DNA from: Bacteroidota bacterium | GTDB lineage: Bacteria; Bacteroidota; Bacteroidia; UKL13-3 | NCBI GenBank assembly: GCA_947464275.1 | Contig: CANHVU010000013.1 | Coordinates: 22,219 to 86,218, forward strand | DNA: 64,000 nt | Reading direction: 5' to 3' | Shown here: positions 28,281-38,616 of the stretch, piece by piece | How positions within the stretch are numbered: position 1 is the stretch's first letter | How the letters are laid out: the number at the start of each line of letters is the position of its first letter | Notes under the pieces: generated by a model | What the model was told of the DNA's origin: nothing | Database searches by the model: none | What the model saw: the letters and a program-made list of their open reading frames with translations, nothing else | Position numbers and translations under genes: made by a program

Positions 28281-31200
28281 ATGAAAAATACTTATAAGAC
28301 ACTTATTTTTTCTCTACTTGCCTATTGCATTTTGCCCATTGCCTATTGCTTATTATCAGTTAATTCATCAGCTCAAGAAGCTAGTCCAGTTAATGGACCA
28401 CGCAATATAAAACCCAATTATTATGCATTTACCAATGCCACTATTTTTGTAGATGGAAGTAAAAAATTAACCAACGCAACATTAATAGTAAAAGATGGTA
28501 TAATTGAAAATGTAGGTAACGGAATTACCATTCCCACTGAGGCTAAAGTAATTGATTTAAAAGGCAAATATGTTTACCCTTCGTTTATTGATTTGTATAG
28601 TAATTATGGTATAAACTATACCAATACCGCCAAAGGAAACGAACAATACAAAACCAACAGAAAAGGTGCTTATGCTTGGAACGATGCTATAAAAGCCGAG
28701 TTAAATTCAGTAGATTATTTTAGCTACGATGAAAAAAAATCGAGCCAATTAATGGAAAGTGGCTTTGGCATGACACTTTCGGGTATAAACGATGGCATTA
28801 GTCGCGGAACTGCTGCTTTGGTTTTAACTGGGAATAATAACGAAAACGAATTGGTAATTTTACCAAAAGCCGCAGCAGGATTGAGTTTAAACAAAGGTAG
28901 TTCTGTGCAAGATTATCCAAACTCGTTAATGGGAAGCATTGCTTTATTGCGTCAAACCTATTACGATGCCAAATGGTATAAAACGCAAAATACAGAGAAA
29001 AATTTAACACTTGAAGCATTTAACAATGCCTTGGCTTTACCAACTATTTTTGAGGTGCACGATAAACTATCAATTATGCGTGCGCACAAAATTGCCAAAG
29101 AGTTTAACACCAATTATATTGTAAAAGGTGCAGGCGATGAATACCAACGATTAGCGGATATAAAAGCTACCAACAGCAGTTTAATTATTCCAATTAATTT
29201 TCCAAAACCTTACGAAGTAGAAGATGTATTTGATGCAACTTATGTAAGCACTGCTGACATGAAACATTGGGAGTTAGCACCTGCCAATGCCAATTTTTTA
29301 GCCGAAGCCAATATTAACTTTGCCATTACCAGTTACGGTTGTGCCGATGCAAACGAATTTTTAAAAAACCTACGCAAAGCAGTGCAATATGGCTTAAGCG
29401 AAACAGCCGCTTTAAATGCTTTAACTAAAATTCCTGCACAATTAATCAATGCAAACGCATTGGCTGGAAGCCTTGAAAAAAATAAGTTGGCTAACTTTTT
29501 TATCAGTAATAAATCCATTTTTGAAAAAGATGCAATTATTACAGAACATTGGGTAAAAGGTAAAAAAACAGAGATAAATACTTTGCCTGAAAACGATTTA
29601 AGAGGCAAATACCAAGTAAGTTTAAAAGGATTTAATAATTACATTTTAAAAATAGATGGCGATGCATATAAACCCAACTTTACACTAATAGGAACCGATA
29701 CTTTAAAAGCCAATATTTCATTGCAAAGCAATATGATAAACATGGTTTTTAAAGCTGGTAAAAAATCGAACGAAAATATTCGCATTAATATTTGGGTAGA
29801 TAAAACTGAAAATATTAACGACACCAATAAAGTAAAAGTGCTGAACGGACAAGCCCAATTAGCCGATGGTAGTTTCACCAATTTCAGTGCTAGTTTTTTT
29901 GAAAACATAAAAACTGAAAGTAAAAAAACTGACTCTATTCCTGCTTTGAGTTTAGGCAATATTACTTATCCGTTTACTGATTACGGTTGGACAGTAAAAC
30001 CATTAGCTGAAACCATTATTTTTAAAAATGCTACTATTTGGAGCAATGAAAAAGAAGGTATTTTAACCGAAACTGATGTTGCTATTAGCAATGGTAAAAT
30101 TATAGCCGTTGGCAAAAACTTAAGCATTGCAAATGCCAAAATAGTAGATGCCACAGGCAAACATTTAACCAATGGCATTATAGATGAACACTCGCATATT
30201 GCAATTACTAGAGGTGTTAACGAATGCTCGCAAGCAGTAACTGCCGAAGTTCGCATTGGAGATGTGGTTTATAGTGAAGACATTAATATTTACCGTCAAT
30301 TGGCTGGTGGTGTTACTTCTGCCCAACTTTTGCATGGTTCGTGTAACCCAATTGGAGGACAAAGTGCCTTGATAAAATTACGTTGGGGAGCTGCTCCTGA
30401 AAGCATGAAAATAGAAGGTGCTGATGGATTTATAAAATTTGCTTTGGGCGAAAATGTAAAACAAAGTAATTGGGGAATTGAAACCAATCGTTATCCGCAA
30501 ACCCGCATGGGCGTTGAGCAAGTGCTGTACGATGAGTTTATTAGAGCCAGAGCTTATGAGAAAAAATTGAAAGAAAATCCAAACATTACCCGCAAAGATT
30601 TAGAGCTAGATGCCATTATTGAAATATTGAATAAAAAACGATTTATAAGCTGCCACAGTTACGTGCAAAGCGAAATAAATATGTTGATGCATGTAGCAGA
30701 TAGCATGGGCTTTAAAGTAAATACATTTACCCACATTTTAGAAGGTTATAAAGTAGCCGATAAAATGAAATTACATGGCGTAAGCGCTAGTACTTTTGCC
30801 GATTGGTGGGCTTATAAATATGAAGTAATTGATGCCATTCCTCACAATGCGGCCATTATGCAAAAAATGGGTTTAAATGTAGCCATTAATAGCGATGATG
30901 CCGAAATGGGTCGTAGGTTAAACCAAGAAGCCGCAAAAATTATTAAATATGGAAACATCAGTGAAGAAAATGCATGGAAAATGGTGACTTTAAATCCAGC
31001 CAAAATGCTTCATTTAGATAATAAACTAGGAAGTATTAAAGTAGGAAAAGATGCCGATTTAGTGCTTTGGACCAATAATCCATTAAGCATTTATGCAAAA
31101 CCCGAAATGACTTTTGTGGATGGAGTTTGTTATTATAGCATTGCTCAAGATGAAGTATTGCGTGCCAATATTCAAGCGGAACGCCAACGTTTAATCAATA

Positions 31201-31283
31201 AAATGATAGTAGCCAAACAAGCAGGCGAAAAAACAGAACATAAAGTGAGCTTTATTGACGAAAACTACCACTGCGAAGACTAA
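28281..31283 (+). CDS. Secreted tandem two-domain amidohydrolase
   Basis: ATG 28281. Two metallo-hydrolase halves; only the second retains IIDEHSH, SCHSY, FTH and NSDD. Confidence 0.85.
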   Translation: MKNTYKTLIFSLLAYCILPIAYCLLSVNSSAQEASPVNGPRNIKPNYYAFTNATIFVDGSKKLTNATLIVKDGIIENVGNGITIPTEAKVIDLKGKYVYPSFIDLYSNYGINYTNTAKGNEQYKTNRKGAYAWNDAIKAELNSVDYFSYDEKKSSQLMESGFGMTLSGINDGISRGTAALVLTGNNNENELVILPKAAAGLSLNKGSSVQDYPNSLMGSIALLRQTYYDAKWYKTQNTEKNLTLEAFNNALALPTIFEVHDKLSIMRAHKIAKEFNTNYIVKGAGDEYQRLADIKATNSSLIIPINFPKPYEVEDVFDATYVSTADMKHWELAPANANFLAEANINFAITSYGCADANEFLKNLRKAVQYGLSETAALNALTKIPAQLINANALAGSLEKNKLANFFISNKSIFEKDAIITEHWVKGKKTEINTLPENDLRGKYQVSLKGFNNYILKIDGDAYKPNFTLIGTDTLKANISLQSNMINMVFKAGKKSNENIRINIWVDKTENINDTNKVKVLNGQAQLADGSFTNFSASFFENIKTESKKTDSIPALSLGNITYPFTDYGWTVKPLAETIIFKNATIWSNEKEGILTETDVAISNGKIIAVGKNLSIANAKIVDATGKHLTNGIIDEHSHIAITRGVNECSQAVTAEVRIGDVVYSEDINIYRQLAGGVTSAQLLHGSCNPIGGQSALIKLRWGAAPESMKIEGADGFIKFALGENVKQSNWGIETNRYPQTRMGVEQVLYDEFIRARAYEKKLKENPNITRKDLELDAIIEILNKKRFISCHSYVQSEINMLMHVADSMGFKVNTFTHILEGYKVADKMKLHGVSASTFADWWAYKYEVIDAIPHNAAIMQKMGLNVAINSDDAEMGRRLNQEAAKIIKYGNISEENAWKMVTLNPAKMLHLDNKLGSIKVGKDADLVLWTNNPLSIYAKPEMTFVDGVCYYSIAQDEVLRANIQAERQRLINKMIVAKQAGEKTEHKVSFIDENYHCED
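28318..28352 (+). repeat. Heptamer tract (TTGCCTA-like x5) inside signal-peptide codons
   Basis: ttgccta ttgcatt ttgccca ttgccta ttgctta encoding LAYCILPIAYCLL. Confidence 0.7.
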
Positions 31284-31505
31284 ATAAGTAGAGATACTTT
31301 TTAATATAAATAATAAAATTCTCTATTTAGTAAATGGAATAAATTTAGTAATAACTGAATTGACTTTTATGGTAAAGTTATAAATTATTATTCAATAGGT
31401 TTGTAGAAACTAAAGATGCATTTTATAAAGTGCTTTGTTGGTCATCAATAGATAATAAAGCAAATTCAAAACCTATTTTGAAAAAATTACCTATAGTTTA
31501 AGGGA

Positions 31506-31550
31506 TTAAAAAAAAGCCAGTTTCAATATTTGAAACTGGCTTTTTTTTAA
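31506..31550. terminator. Bidirectional intrinsic terminator
   Basis: A8-GCCAGTTTCA...TGAAACTGGC-T8 between convergent genes. Confidence 0.85.
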
Positions 31551-31557
31551 ATTTTAA

Positions 31558-32028
31558 CTATTTAGCTTTTAAACTTTTTTGAATATCAACTAAAATTACC
31601 GACATATCCGATTCGTTTTTATAACCCACTTCTAGTTTGGTTTTATGCGATTTTGGATTGATAAAAACCGTAGTAGGGTAACCGCTAATGCTGTTATTGC
31701 TAATAGCAGCAGCAAGTCCTGGTCCATCATAAGTTTTTCCGTTGTATGTATATTTTACACCTTCTACTTCGGGGTTAAACTTAACCGATACATATTTGTC
31801 ATTCAAGACACTTGAAATACTGCTTTTAGCATAAGTATCTTTGTCCATGCGTTTACACCAGCCACACCATTCGGTATATACATCAACTAGCATAATTTTG
31901 TTTTTCTTTTTGGCTAAGGCATAACCTTCGTTAAAGCCCATCCATTTTACTTCTTCGTTTTTAGGTTTAAAAGCATATAAGCCTAAAATAGTGATAAATA
32001 CACTTAATATTACTGCAATTTTTTTCAT
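31558..32028 (-). CDS. Periplasmic thioredoxin-family protein
   Basis: Signal peptide from ATG 32028; WCGWC; GYPT cis-Pro motif. Confidence 0.85.
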   Translation of the reverse strand: MKKIAVILSVFITILGLYAFKPKNEEVKWMGFNEGYALAKKKNKIMLVDVYTEWCGWCKRMDKDTYAKSSISSVLNDKYVSVKFNPEVEGVKYTYNGKTYDGPGLAAAISNNSISGYPTTVFINPKSHKTKLEVGYKNESDMSVILVDIQKSLKAK

Positions 32029-32105
32029 TTTTATTTTTTTAAAACTCAAAAATACAAAAACCATACCTAAAATTTTTCTAAATTTATTTAGAAAAGTAAG
32101 CCGGC

Positions 32106-33365
32106 TTACGCTTTGGCTAAATCGCCCATTGAAACAAACGCTGATTCCTTGTAAACACCAGCATCCAATTTTTCTTTTATTACCGAAAATGCTGCGATGG
32201 TTTCTTCTACATCGGCCAAGGTATGGGCAGCAGTTGGAATCAAGCGTAAAATAATCATTCCTTTAGGAATAACTGGGTAAACTACTATTGAGCAGAATAT
32301 ATTATAAACTTCTCTTAACTCATGCGTAATGGCTGTAGCTTCAGGAATAGTTCCATTTAAAACAACTGGTGTAACGGGTGTAGTTGTTACACCAATATTA
32401 AATCCTTTGGCTTTTAAGGCACCTTGTAAAGCATTTACAATATTCCAAAGTTTTGCTTTGTTTTCAGGAAAATCGCGTAATAACGAAAGGCGTTTTAAAG
32501 CACCTATAACCATTGGCATTGGTAAACTTTTTGCAAATATTTGTGAGCGGATATTGTAACGTAAATGTTTAATAACTAATTTTTCACCAGCTATAAAGCC
32601 ACCAATACCAGCCATACTTTTAGCAAAAGTGCCAAAATAAACATCTATAGCATCCATAACATCTTGCTCTTCGCCCACACCTGCGCCAGTTTTACCCATG
32701 GTGCCAAAACCATGCGCATCGTCTACAAATAAGCGGAAGCTGTATTTTTTCTTTAACTCGGCTATGGCTTTAATATTTCCTTGCGCACCTGTCATTCCAA
32801 ATACACCTTCGGTAATTACTAAAATAGATCCACCAGTTTCGGCTACCAAACGTTCTGCACGTTTTAACTGGGTTTCTAGGCTTTCCATATTATTATGAGT
32901 AAATACAAAACGTTTGCCCATGTGTAAGCGAACACCATCTATAATACATGCATGACTTTCGGCATCATATACAATCACATCGTGTCTATCAACCAAGCAA
33001 TCAATGGCCGAAACCATTCCTTGGTATCCAAAATTTAATAAAATAGCATCTGGTTTGCTTACAAATGCAGCTAATTCTTGCTCTAATTGTTCGTGGTAAG
33101 TACTGTTTCCACTCATCATGCGCGCACCCATTGGATAGGCTAAGCCGTATTGCGCAGTAACTTCGGCATCTGTTTTTCTAACTTCTGGATGATTAGCTAA
33201 ACCTAAATAATTATTTAAACTCCAGTTTAACTTTTCTTTTCCTCTAAACATCATTCGTGGGCCAATTTCGCCTTCTAATTTAGGGAACATATAGTAACCA
33301 TAACTGTCGTCTCCGTGCATTCCTAGAGGACCTGGTTTGCTTTTTAGCTTTTCAAATAAATCCAT
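32106..33365 (-). CDS. PLP-dependent alpha-oxoamine synthase, likely cysteate acyltransferase (SulA/CapB-type, sulfonolipid synthesis)
   Basis: FPKLEGEIGP, NWSLNNYLGLANHPEVR, PMGARMMSG, DDAHG, TFAKS and AKSLPMP resemble the SulA clade as I recall it. Family call is certain; subfamily call is from memory. Confidence 0.75.
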   Translation of the reverse strand: MDLFEKLKSKPGPLGMHGDDSYGYYMFPKLEGEIGPRMMFRGKEKLNWSLNNYLGLANHPEVRKTDAEVTAQYGLAYPMGARMMSGNSTYHEQLEQELAAFVSKPDAILLNFGYQGMVSAIDCLVDRHDVIVYDAESHACIIDGVRLHMGKRFVFTHNNMESLETQLKRAERLVAETGGSILVITEGVFGMTGAQGNIKAIAELKKKYSFRLFVDDAHGFGTMGKTGAGVGEEQDVMDAIDVYFGTFAKSMAGIGGFIAGEKLVIKHLRYNIRSQIFAKSLPMPMVIGALKRLSLLRDFPENKAKLWNIVNALQGALKAKGFNIGVTTTPVTPVVLNGTIPEATAITHELREVYNIFCSIVVYPVIPKGMIILRLIPTAAHTLADVEETIAAFSVIKEKLDAGVYKESAFVSMGDLAKA

Positions 33366-33396
33366 GTTATTAAATTTTGTAATAATTATTTACAGG

Positions 33397-33404
33397 CAAA
33401 TGTA
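33397..33404 (-). promoter_or_regulatory. -7 promoter element
   Basis: TACATTTG on the minus strand upstream of the oxoamine synthase. Confidence 0.55.
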
Positions 33405-33451
33405 AGCTATATGTACTAAAAATAAATAGCTGATAAATGTTTGGAGAAATA

Positions 33452-34372
33452 TCAAAAGTTGAAGTTGTCCAACATTTCTTGTAAATTTTCATCTATGTTC
33501 TTTGTAGCATCAAGCCAATGGAGATTTTTTTGTTCGCGTTCCATTTTTCTGAACCAAGTCATTTGGCGTTTGGCATATTGGTGTATAGCTGTTTCTAATT
33601 TTAAAAACATTTCATCAAACGAAATTTCGTTCAACAGATACTTTGAAATATATTGGTATTCAAGTCCTAAAAATTGCAGTCGTTCGTGGCTAATTCCGGT
33701 TTGCAGCAATTGCTGCACTTCTTCAATCATGCCATTTTCAAGTCGGTATTTTAACCTTGCTGATATTTTGTTTCTACGTAGTTCTGTTGGTAAATCTAAA
33801 GCGAAAATAATTGGGTTTAAATCAACAAATGGCACTTTAGGAATATTGGTGTTGTTCAAATATTCAGCTATTTCTATTGCCCTAACCAAACGTTTATGAC
33901 TGCTTAAATCGGCTTTTTCAGGTTTAGTTGTATAACTATTTAATTTTTTACTCAGTTCTTCCCTACTCCAGTTTTCAATTTTGCTCCTTAAGTCAACATT
34001 ATTAGGAATGGCAGCTAACTCTAATTTTTTTAAAACAGCATCTAAATACAAACCTGTTCCACCACAAATAATAGGTAGTTGCTGTTGGCTTTCAATGGTT
34101 TTAAATGCATCAAAAAAATGGGTTATAAAATTATATAAATGAAAATGCGTATCAACCTCAGCCTCATCAATTAAATAATAAGGGATTTTTTTTTCATTTA
34201 CCTCATATTCAAACAAATCCTTTCCTGTTCCAATATTTAAATTTTTATATACTTGCCTGGAATCGGCACTGATTATGGCTCCATTTAATGCTACAGCTAA
34301 CCTAACAGCCAAAGCTGTTTTGCCACTAGCAGTTGGGCCAGTTATAATAATGGAGTTGTAAGATTGATTCAA
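33452..34372 (-). CDS. miaA: tRNA dimethylallyltransferase
   Basis: GPTASGKT, ISADSRQVY, GGTGLY, YAKRQMTWFR. Confidence 0.93.
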   Translation of the reverse strand: MNQSYNSIIITGPTASGKTALAVRLAVALNGAIISADSRQVYKNLNIGTGKDLFEYEVNEKKIPYYLIDEAEVDTHFHLYNFITHFFDAFKTIESQQQLPIICGGTGLYLDAVLKKLELAAIPNNVDLRSKIENWSREELSKKLNSYTTKPEKADLSSHKRLVRAIEIAEYLNNTNIPKVPFVDLNPIIFALDLPTELRRNKISARLKYRLENGMIEEVQQLLQTGISHERLQFLGLEYQYISKYLLNEISFDEMFLKLETAIHQYAKRQMTWFRKMEREQKNLHWLDATKNIDENLQEMLDNFNF

Positions 34373-34497
34373 TTTTCTAGCAAAATAGTAACAACAAAGT
34401 TACAAACTTTAAAAATACTTTAAAACCTGCTAAAGTTTATACCTTCAAATAAAACATTATTACTATTTTCGCCCGCACTTTAGTAAACCATAAAAGT

Positions 34498-36516
34498 ATG
34501 TTACAATATAACCGTAAAAATTATAGCAACGAAGTTTTAATTGATTTATACAAAACCATTTTAAAACCCCGAATGATTGAAGAAAAAATGTTGATTTTAC
34601 TTCGTCAGGGAAAAGTGAGCAAATGGTTTAGTGGAATTGGCCAAGAAGCTATAAGTGTGGGCTGCGTTAAAGCACTTCATAACGATGAGTATATTTTACC
34701 TTTGCATCGCAATTTAGGAGTATTTACTGGTCGTAACATGCCTTTTAATAAATTATTTAGCCAATGGCAAGGAAAAGCAAACGGTTTTAGTAAAGGCCGC
34801 GAGCGTTCTTTTCATTTTGGAACCAATGAATACCATATTGTTGGAATGATTTCGCACCTTGGTGCCATGCTTGGTGTGGCCGATGGTATTGCGCTAGCAA
34901 ATAAATTACAAAAAGAAAAAAAAGTAACGGTAGTTTTTAGTGGCGATGGTGGCGCGAGTGAAGGCGATTTTCACGAAGCTTTAAATACTGCTGCGGTTTG
35001 GAGTTTGCCTGTAATATTTTTAATTGAAAACAATGGTTACGGACTTTCTACACCAAGCAATGAACAATTTAAATTTAAAAGTTTTGTTGATAAAGGTATT
35101 GGTTACGGAATGGAAGCCTACCGAATTGATGGTAACAACATTTTAGAAGTGTACGATACCATTAGCGGTTTGGCTGAATCTATCAGAAAAAATCCTCGTC
35201 CAATATTGTTAGAATGTATTACTTTTAGAATGCGCGGACACGAAGAAGCTTCGGGAGTAAAATATGTTCCACAAGAATTATTTGAAATTTGGGGTAAAAA
35301 AGATCCTGTAGTTAATTACGAGCGTTATTTATTAGAACAACAAGTTTTAACTTACGATTTAATAAACAAAATAAGAGCGGAAATAAAATCGGAAATAGAT
35401 TTAGGTGTAGAAGAAGTACTAAATGAGCCTGAAGTTACCGTAAACACAGCTACTGAACTAGCCGATGTATATAAACCAATTGAACTACCTGCTAGCAGTA
35501 ATTTTGAAAATTTACAACACGTAGTTACACCACCTGCTAGTCAAAACAAATCAAAAAAACGTTTGGTAGATGCCATTAGCGATGGTTTACGCCAAAGCAT
35601 GGAAAAGCACGATAACTTGGTGTTAATGGGTCAAGACATAGCCGATTATGGTGGTGTTTTTAAAATTACACAAGGTTTTGTAGAGCAATTTGGTAAAGAC
35701 CGTGTAAGAAATACGCCTCTATGCGAAAGTGCTATTTTAGGTGCTGGATATGGCTTAGCCATTAAGAAAATGAAGGCAATGGTAGAAATGCAATTTGCCG
35801 ATTTTGTGAGTGTTGGGTTTAATCAAATTGTAAATAATTTAGCTAAAAGTTACTACCGTTGGGGGCAACAAGCCGATGTGGTAGTTAGAATGCCAACAGG
35901 CGCTGGAATGGGCGCAGGACCTTTCCACTCGCAAAGTAACGAAGCATGGTTTTTCCATGTTCCAGGTTTAAAAATTGTTTATCCTTCTACTCCAAGCGAT
36001 GCCAAAGGATTATTAACTGCTGCCATTAACGACCCAAATCCGGTGCTGTTTTTTGAGCATAAAAATTTATACCGAAATGTAGAATTAGAAGAAGAAGTTT
36101 TTGACGATTACTACATGATGGAAATTGGACCAGCCAGAATAGCTCGTGAAGGTGAAGAAGTTTCAATTATAACTTATGGTGCTGGCGTTCATTGGGCATT
36201 AAAACATTGCGCTGAAAATAATATTGATGCAGATATCATTGACCTAAGAACTTTATTACCTTGGGATAAAGCTGCGGTAGAAAAAAGTGTGAAGAAAACA
36301 GGAAAAGCAATCGTATTGCACGAAGATACTTTAACAGGTGGAATTGGTGCTGAAATTGCTGCACATATAGCGCAATATTGTTTCCAATATTTAGATGCAC
36401 CAGTTGTAAGAACAGGCAGTTTAGATACTCCCGTTCCTTTCAACGTAGAATTAGAGCAAAACTTTTTACCTAAAGAACGTTTTAAAACCGATTTAGATAA
36501 TTTGTTAAACTTTTAA
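34498..36516 (+). CDS. 2-oxoacid (branched-chain-type) dehydrogenase E1, fused alpha+beta
   Basis: GQEA, GDG..SEGDFHEALN...ENN TPP motif, VRNTPLCE, EMQFADF, GPFHSQ. Confidence 0.9.
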   Translation: MLQYNRKNYSNEVLIDLYKTILKPRMIEEKMLILLRQGKVSKWFSGIGQEAISVGCVKALHNDEYILPLHRNLGVFTGRNMPFNKLFSQWQGKANGFSKGRERSFHFGTNEYHIVGMISHLGAMLGVADGIALANKLQKEKKVTVVFSGDGGASEGDFHEALNTAAVWSLPVIFLIENNGYGLSTPSNEQFKFKSFVDKGIGYGMEAYRIDGNNILEVYDTISGLAESIRKNPRPILLECITFRMRGHEEASGVKYVPQELFEIWGKKDPVVNYERYLLEQQVLTYDLINKIRAEIKSEIDLGVEEVLNEPEVTVNTATELADVYKPIELPASSNFENLQHVVTPPASQNKSKKRLVDAISDGLRQSMEKHDNLVLMGQDIADYGGVFKITQGFVEQFGKDRVRNTPLCESAILGAGYGLAIKKMKAMVEMQFADFVSVGFNQIVNNLAKSYYRWGQQADVVVRMPTGAGMGAGPFHSQSNEAWFFHVPGLKIVYPSTPSDAKGLLTAAINDPNPVLFFEHKNLYRNVELEEEVFDDYYMMEIGPARIAREGEEVSIITYGAGVHWALKHCAENNIDADIIDLRTLLPWDKAAVEKSVKKTGKAIVLHEDTLTGGIGAEIAAHIAQYCFQYLDAPVVRTGSLDTPVPFNVELEQNFLPKERFKTDLDNLLNF

Positions 36517-36530
36517 CAAAAAATATTTTG

Positions 36531-37379
36531 ATGAAAGAAATAAAAACTATAGCCATAGCAGGTGCAGGAACTATGGGCGCAGGCATAGCGCAAGTTACTG
36601 CCAATGCTGGTTTCAAAACTATTTTGTTTGATATAAACCAATCCGTTTTAGACAAGGCTAAACAAAGCATTGATAAAGGTTTACAGTTTTTGGTTGAAAA
36701 AAATAAACTTACTGCTGAAAAGAAAGAAGCGACCTTAGCATTGTTAATTTTTACCAACGATATAAACCAAGTTATTGCCGATTTAATTATTGAAGCAGTT
36801 ATTGAACGCCTTGATATTAAACACGATTTTTTTAATAAAGTAGCGGCCATAAATGCTCCTGATTGTGTTTTGGCAAGTAATACTTCTTCAATTCCTATTA
36901 CTCAAATTGCGGCTAAAATTCCTAACCCAGAAAGGGTAATTGGAATTCATTTTTTCAACCCCGCTCCTATTATGAAATTGGTTGAAATAATTATTGGTGC
37001 GCAAAGCAATAAACAAGTTGCATTGCATTGCAAAGCATTAATTGAAAGTATGGGCAAAACATGCGTAATAGCTGCCGATGCTCCAGGTTTTATAGTAAAC
37101 AGAGTGGCGAGGCATTATTATGTAGAAGGTTTAAAAATTTTGGAAGAGCAAGTAGCTCAATTGGAAGATATTGATGCTTTATTAGAAAGTTCTGGCTTTA
37201 AAATGGGTCCATTTAAATTAATGGATTTAATTGGAGTTGACACCAATTTATCGGTTACTACTTCTATGTACAATTTATTTAACCAAGATAGTAAGTTCAG
37301 ACCAAATAGAATACAACAACAAAAAGTAGATGCAGGGCTACACGGCCGCAAAACAGGCAAAGGATTTTACGAATACTAG
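36531..37379 (+). CDS. 3-hydroxyacyl-CoA dehydrogenase (3-hydroxybutyryl-CoA / PaaH-like)
   Basis: GAGTMGAGIA, ASNTSS, GIHFFNPAP, PGFIVNR, MGPF, GRKTGKGFY. Confidence 0.9.
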   Translation: MKEIKTIAIAGAGTMGAGIAQVTANAGFKTILFDINQSVLDKAKQSIDKGLQFLVEKNKLTAEKKEATLALLIFTNDINQVIADLIIEAVIERLDIKHDFFNKVAAINAPDCVLASNTSSIPITQIAAKIPNPERVIGIHFFNPAPIMKLVEIIIGAQSNKQVALHCKALIESMGKTCVIAADAPGFIVNRVARHYYVEGLKILEEQVAQLEDIDALLESSGFKMGPFKLMDLIGVDTNLSVTTSMYNLFNQDSKFRPNRIQQQKVDAGLHGRKTGKGFYEY

Positions 37380-37432
37380 AAATAGGAAGTCGCTTTAATT
37401 GGAATTTTAAACCCGACCATAGTCGATTTAAA

Positions 37433-37870
37433 TTACTTTTTCTTTTTCCCAAAGTCTTTTGGACCGAAACCTTGTTCAGCTAGAGCTTGCCAATATTCTT
37501 TCCCATAAGCCACAAAAATTTCATCACCTGGAATAAAATTACGACTTGCTATGATATAAACTCTGCCACGTATTATTTCAAAACGAGCATTGTTTTTAAG
37601 TCCACTGATTTTGGTAAATCCATTGGCATCATTGCAATATCTGGCCAAACTATCTAAGTGATGTTGTGCATCAATACATTTCTTTTCACTAATATAAAAA
37701 TAGTATGCACCTACACCTTCTTTAATTTCGTTGTTTCTGCGCTCACACTCCTTCCAAGTAATTACATCCCCAGTATATTCAATAATTCTTTCACCACGCT
37801 TAATTTTCGCATCGGTAAACAATCCTTTTCCTGCACCTTTAAGTGTGCTTTCAGCTACATATAATGCCAT
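37433..37870 (-). CDS. SET domain protein
   Basis: GAGKGLF, IIEYTG, ARYCND, GDEIFVAYG. Confidence 0.85.
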   Translation of the reverse strand: MALYVAESTLKGAGKGLFTDAKIKRGERIIEYTGDVITWKECERRNNEIKEGVGAYYFYISEKKCIDAQHHLDSLARYCNDANGFTKISGLKNNARFEIIRGRVYIIASRNFIPGDEIFVAYGKEYWQALAEQGFGPKDFGKKKK

Positions 37871-37893
37871 CTAATTAAAAATTTAAGCTAATA

Positions 37894-38553
37894 CTAAATT
37901 CCAGCTACTGCTCTATCTTGCTTACCTATTATCATTCTAAAATGATCATCAAGTACATTTAAACTGTTTTCAAAATGCTCATTGTTATTTACTATGATAT
38001 CAGCTTGAGGCATAAATGGAAGTAAAAATTTTTGATAGGCAGGCATTACATGATTTTTCCATTGGTAGTGAATATAATCAGTTGGAATATTGCGTTCAGC
38101 CGAATCTCGCTTAAGCCTTCTATTCAGTGCTATGGATTCATCGGCTTGAATAAATATTTTTAAATCAAATTGTTTTCTAATTGCCTCCGAGTAAAAAATA
38201 AAAAGCCCTTCGCATACTATTATGGGCGCTGGTTTAAATGTTAAAAGTGGCCCTACCTGATTTTCATGTTGAAATAAATACTCATTACGAAAAATTGTTT
38301 CATTATTATGTAATTTTTCTAAATCTTTTGCAAATGCATTCAAATCTATGCATTCAGGAAGATCAAAATTAATATTACCTTCTTCGTCTAATATATGCTC
38401 ATATGCCAATTTATAATAATTATCTTGGCTTATAACACATAACTCGTCAGTGCTAAATAATTTTTTTAGTGAATTTAAAAAATGGGTTTTACCCATGGCA
38501 CTTCCACCTGTTATACCAACTAAATAAGGTTTTTGAACTTGCATAATCGGCAT
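37894..38553 (-). CDS. udk: Uridine kinase family protein
   Basis: GITGGSAMGKT P-loop, SQDNYY, NFDLP, EGLF, RRLKRD. Confidence 0.8.
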   Translation of the reverse strand: MPIMQVQKPYLVGITGGSAMGKTHFLNSLKKLFSTDELCVISQDNYYKLAYEHILDEEGNINFDLPECIDLNAFAKDLEKLHNNETIFRNEYLFQHENQVGPLLTFKPAPIIVCEGLFIFYSEAIRKQFDLKIFIQADESIALNRRLKRDSAERNIPTDYIHYQWKNHVMPAYQKFLLPFMPQADIIVNNNEHFENSLNVLDDHFRMIIGKQDRAVAGI

Positions 38554-38555
38554 GC

Positions 38556-38593
38556 AAAATAGGTTTTATTGAGGAGTAATTAAAACCTATTTT
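38556..38593. terminator. Hairpin between the kinase-like gene and udk
   Basis: AAAATAGGTTTTA-N12-TAAAACCTATTTT perfect 13-bp stem. Confidence 0.5.
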
Positions 38594-38616
38594 AAATATG
38601 TTCAATTGATTTTTGT

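Noticed and set aside
31391-31483. Loose inverted match TTCAATAGGTTT / AAACCTATTTTGAA in the spacer after the amidohydrolase
   Set aside because: Short, AT-rich and imperfect; could be chance
33441-33899. 152-aa plus-strand ORF and the many other short antisense ORFs
   Set aside because: Fully overlap well-supported genes (here miaA) on the opposite strand and have no recognisable motifs
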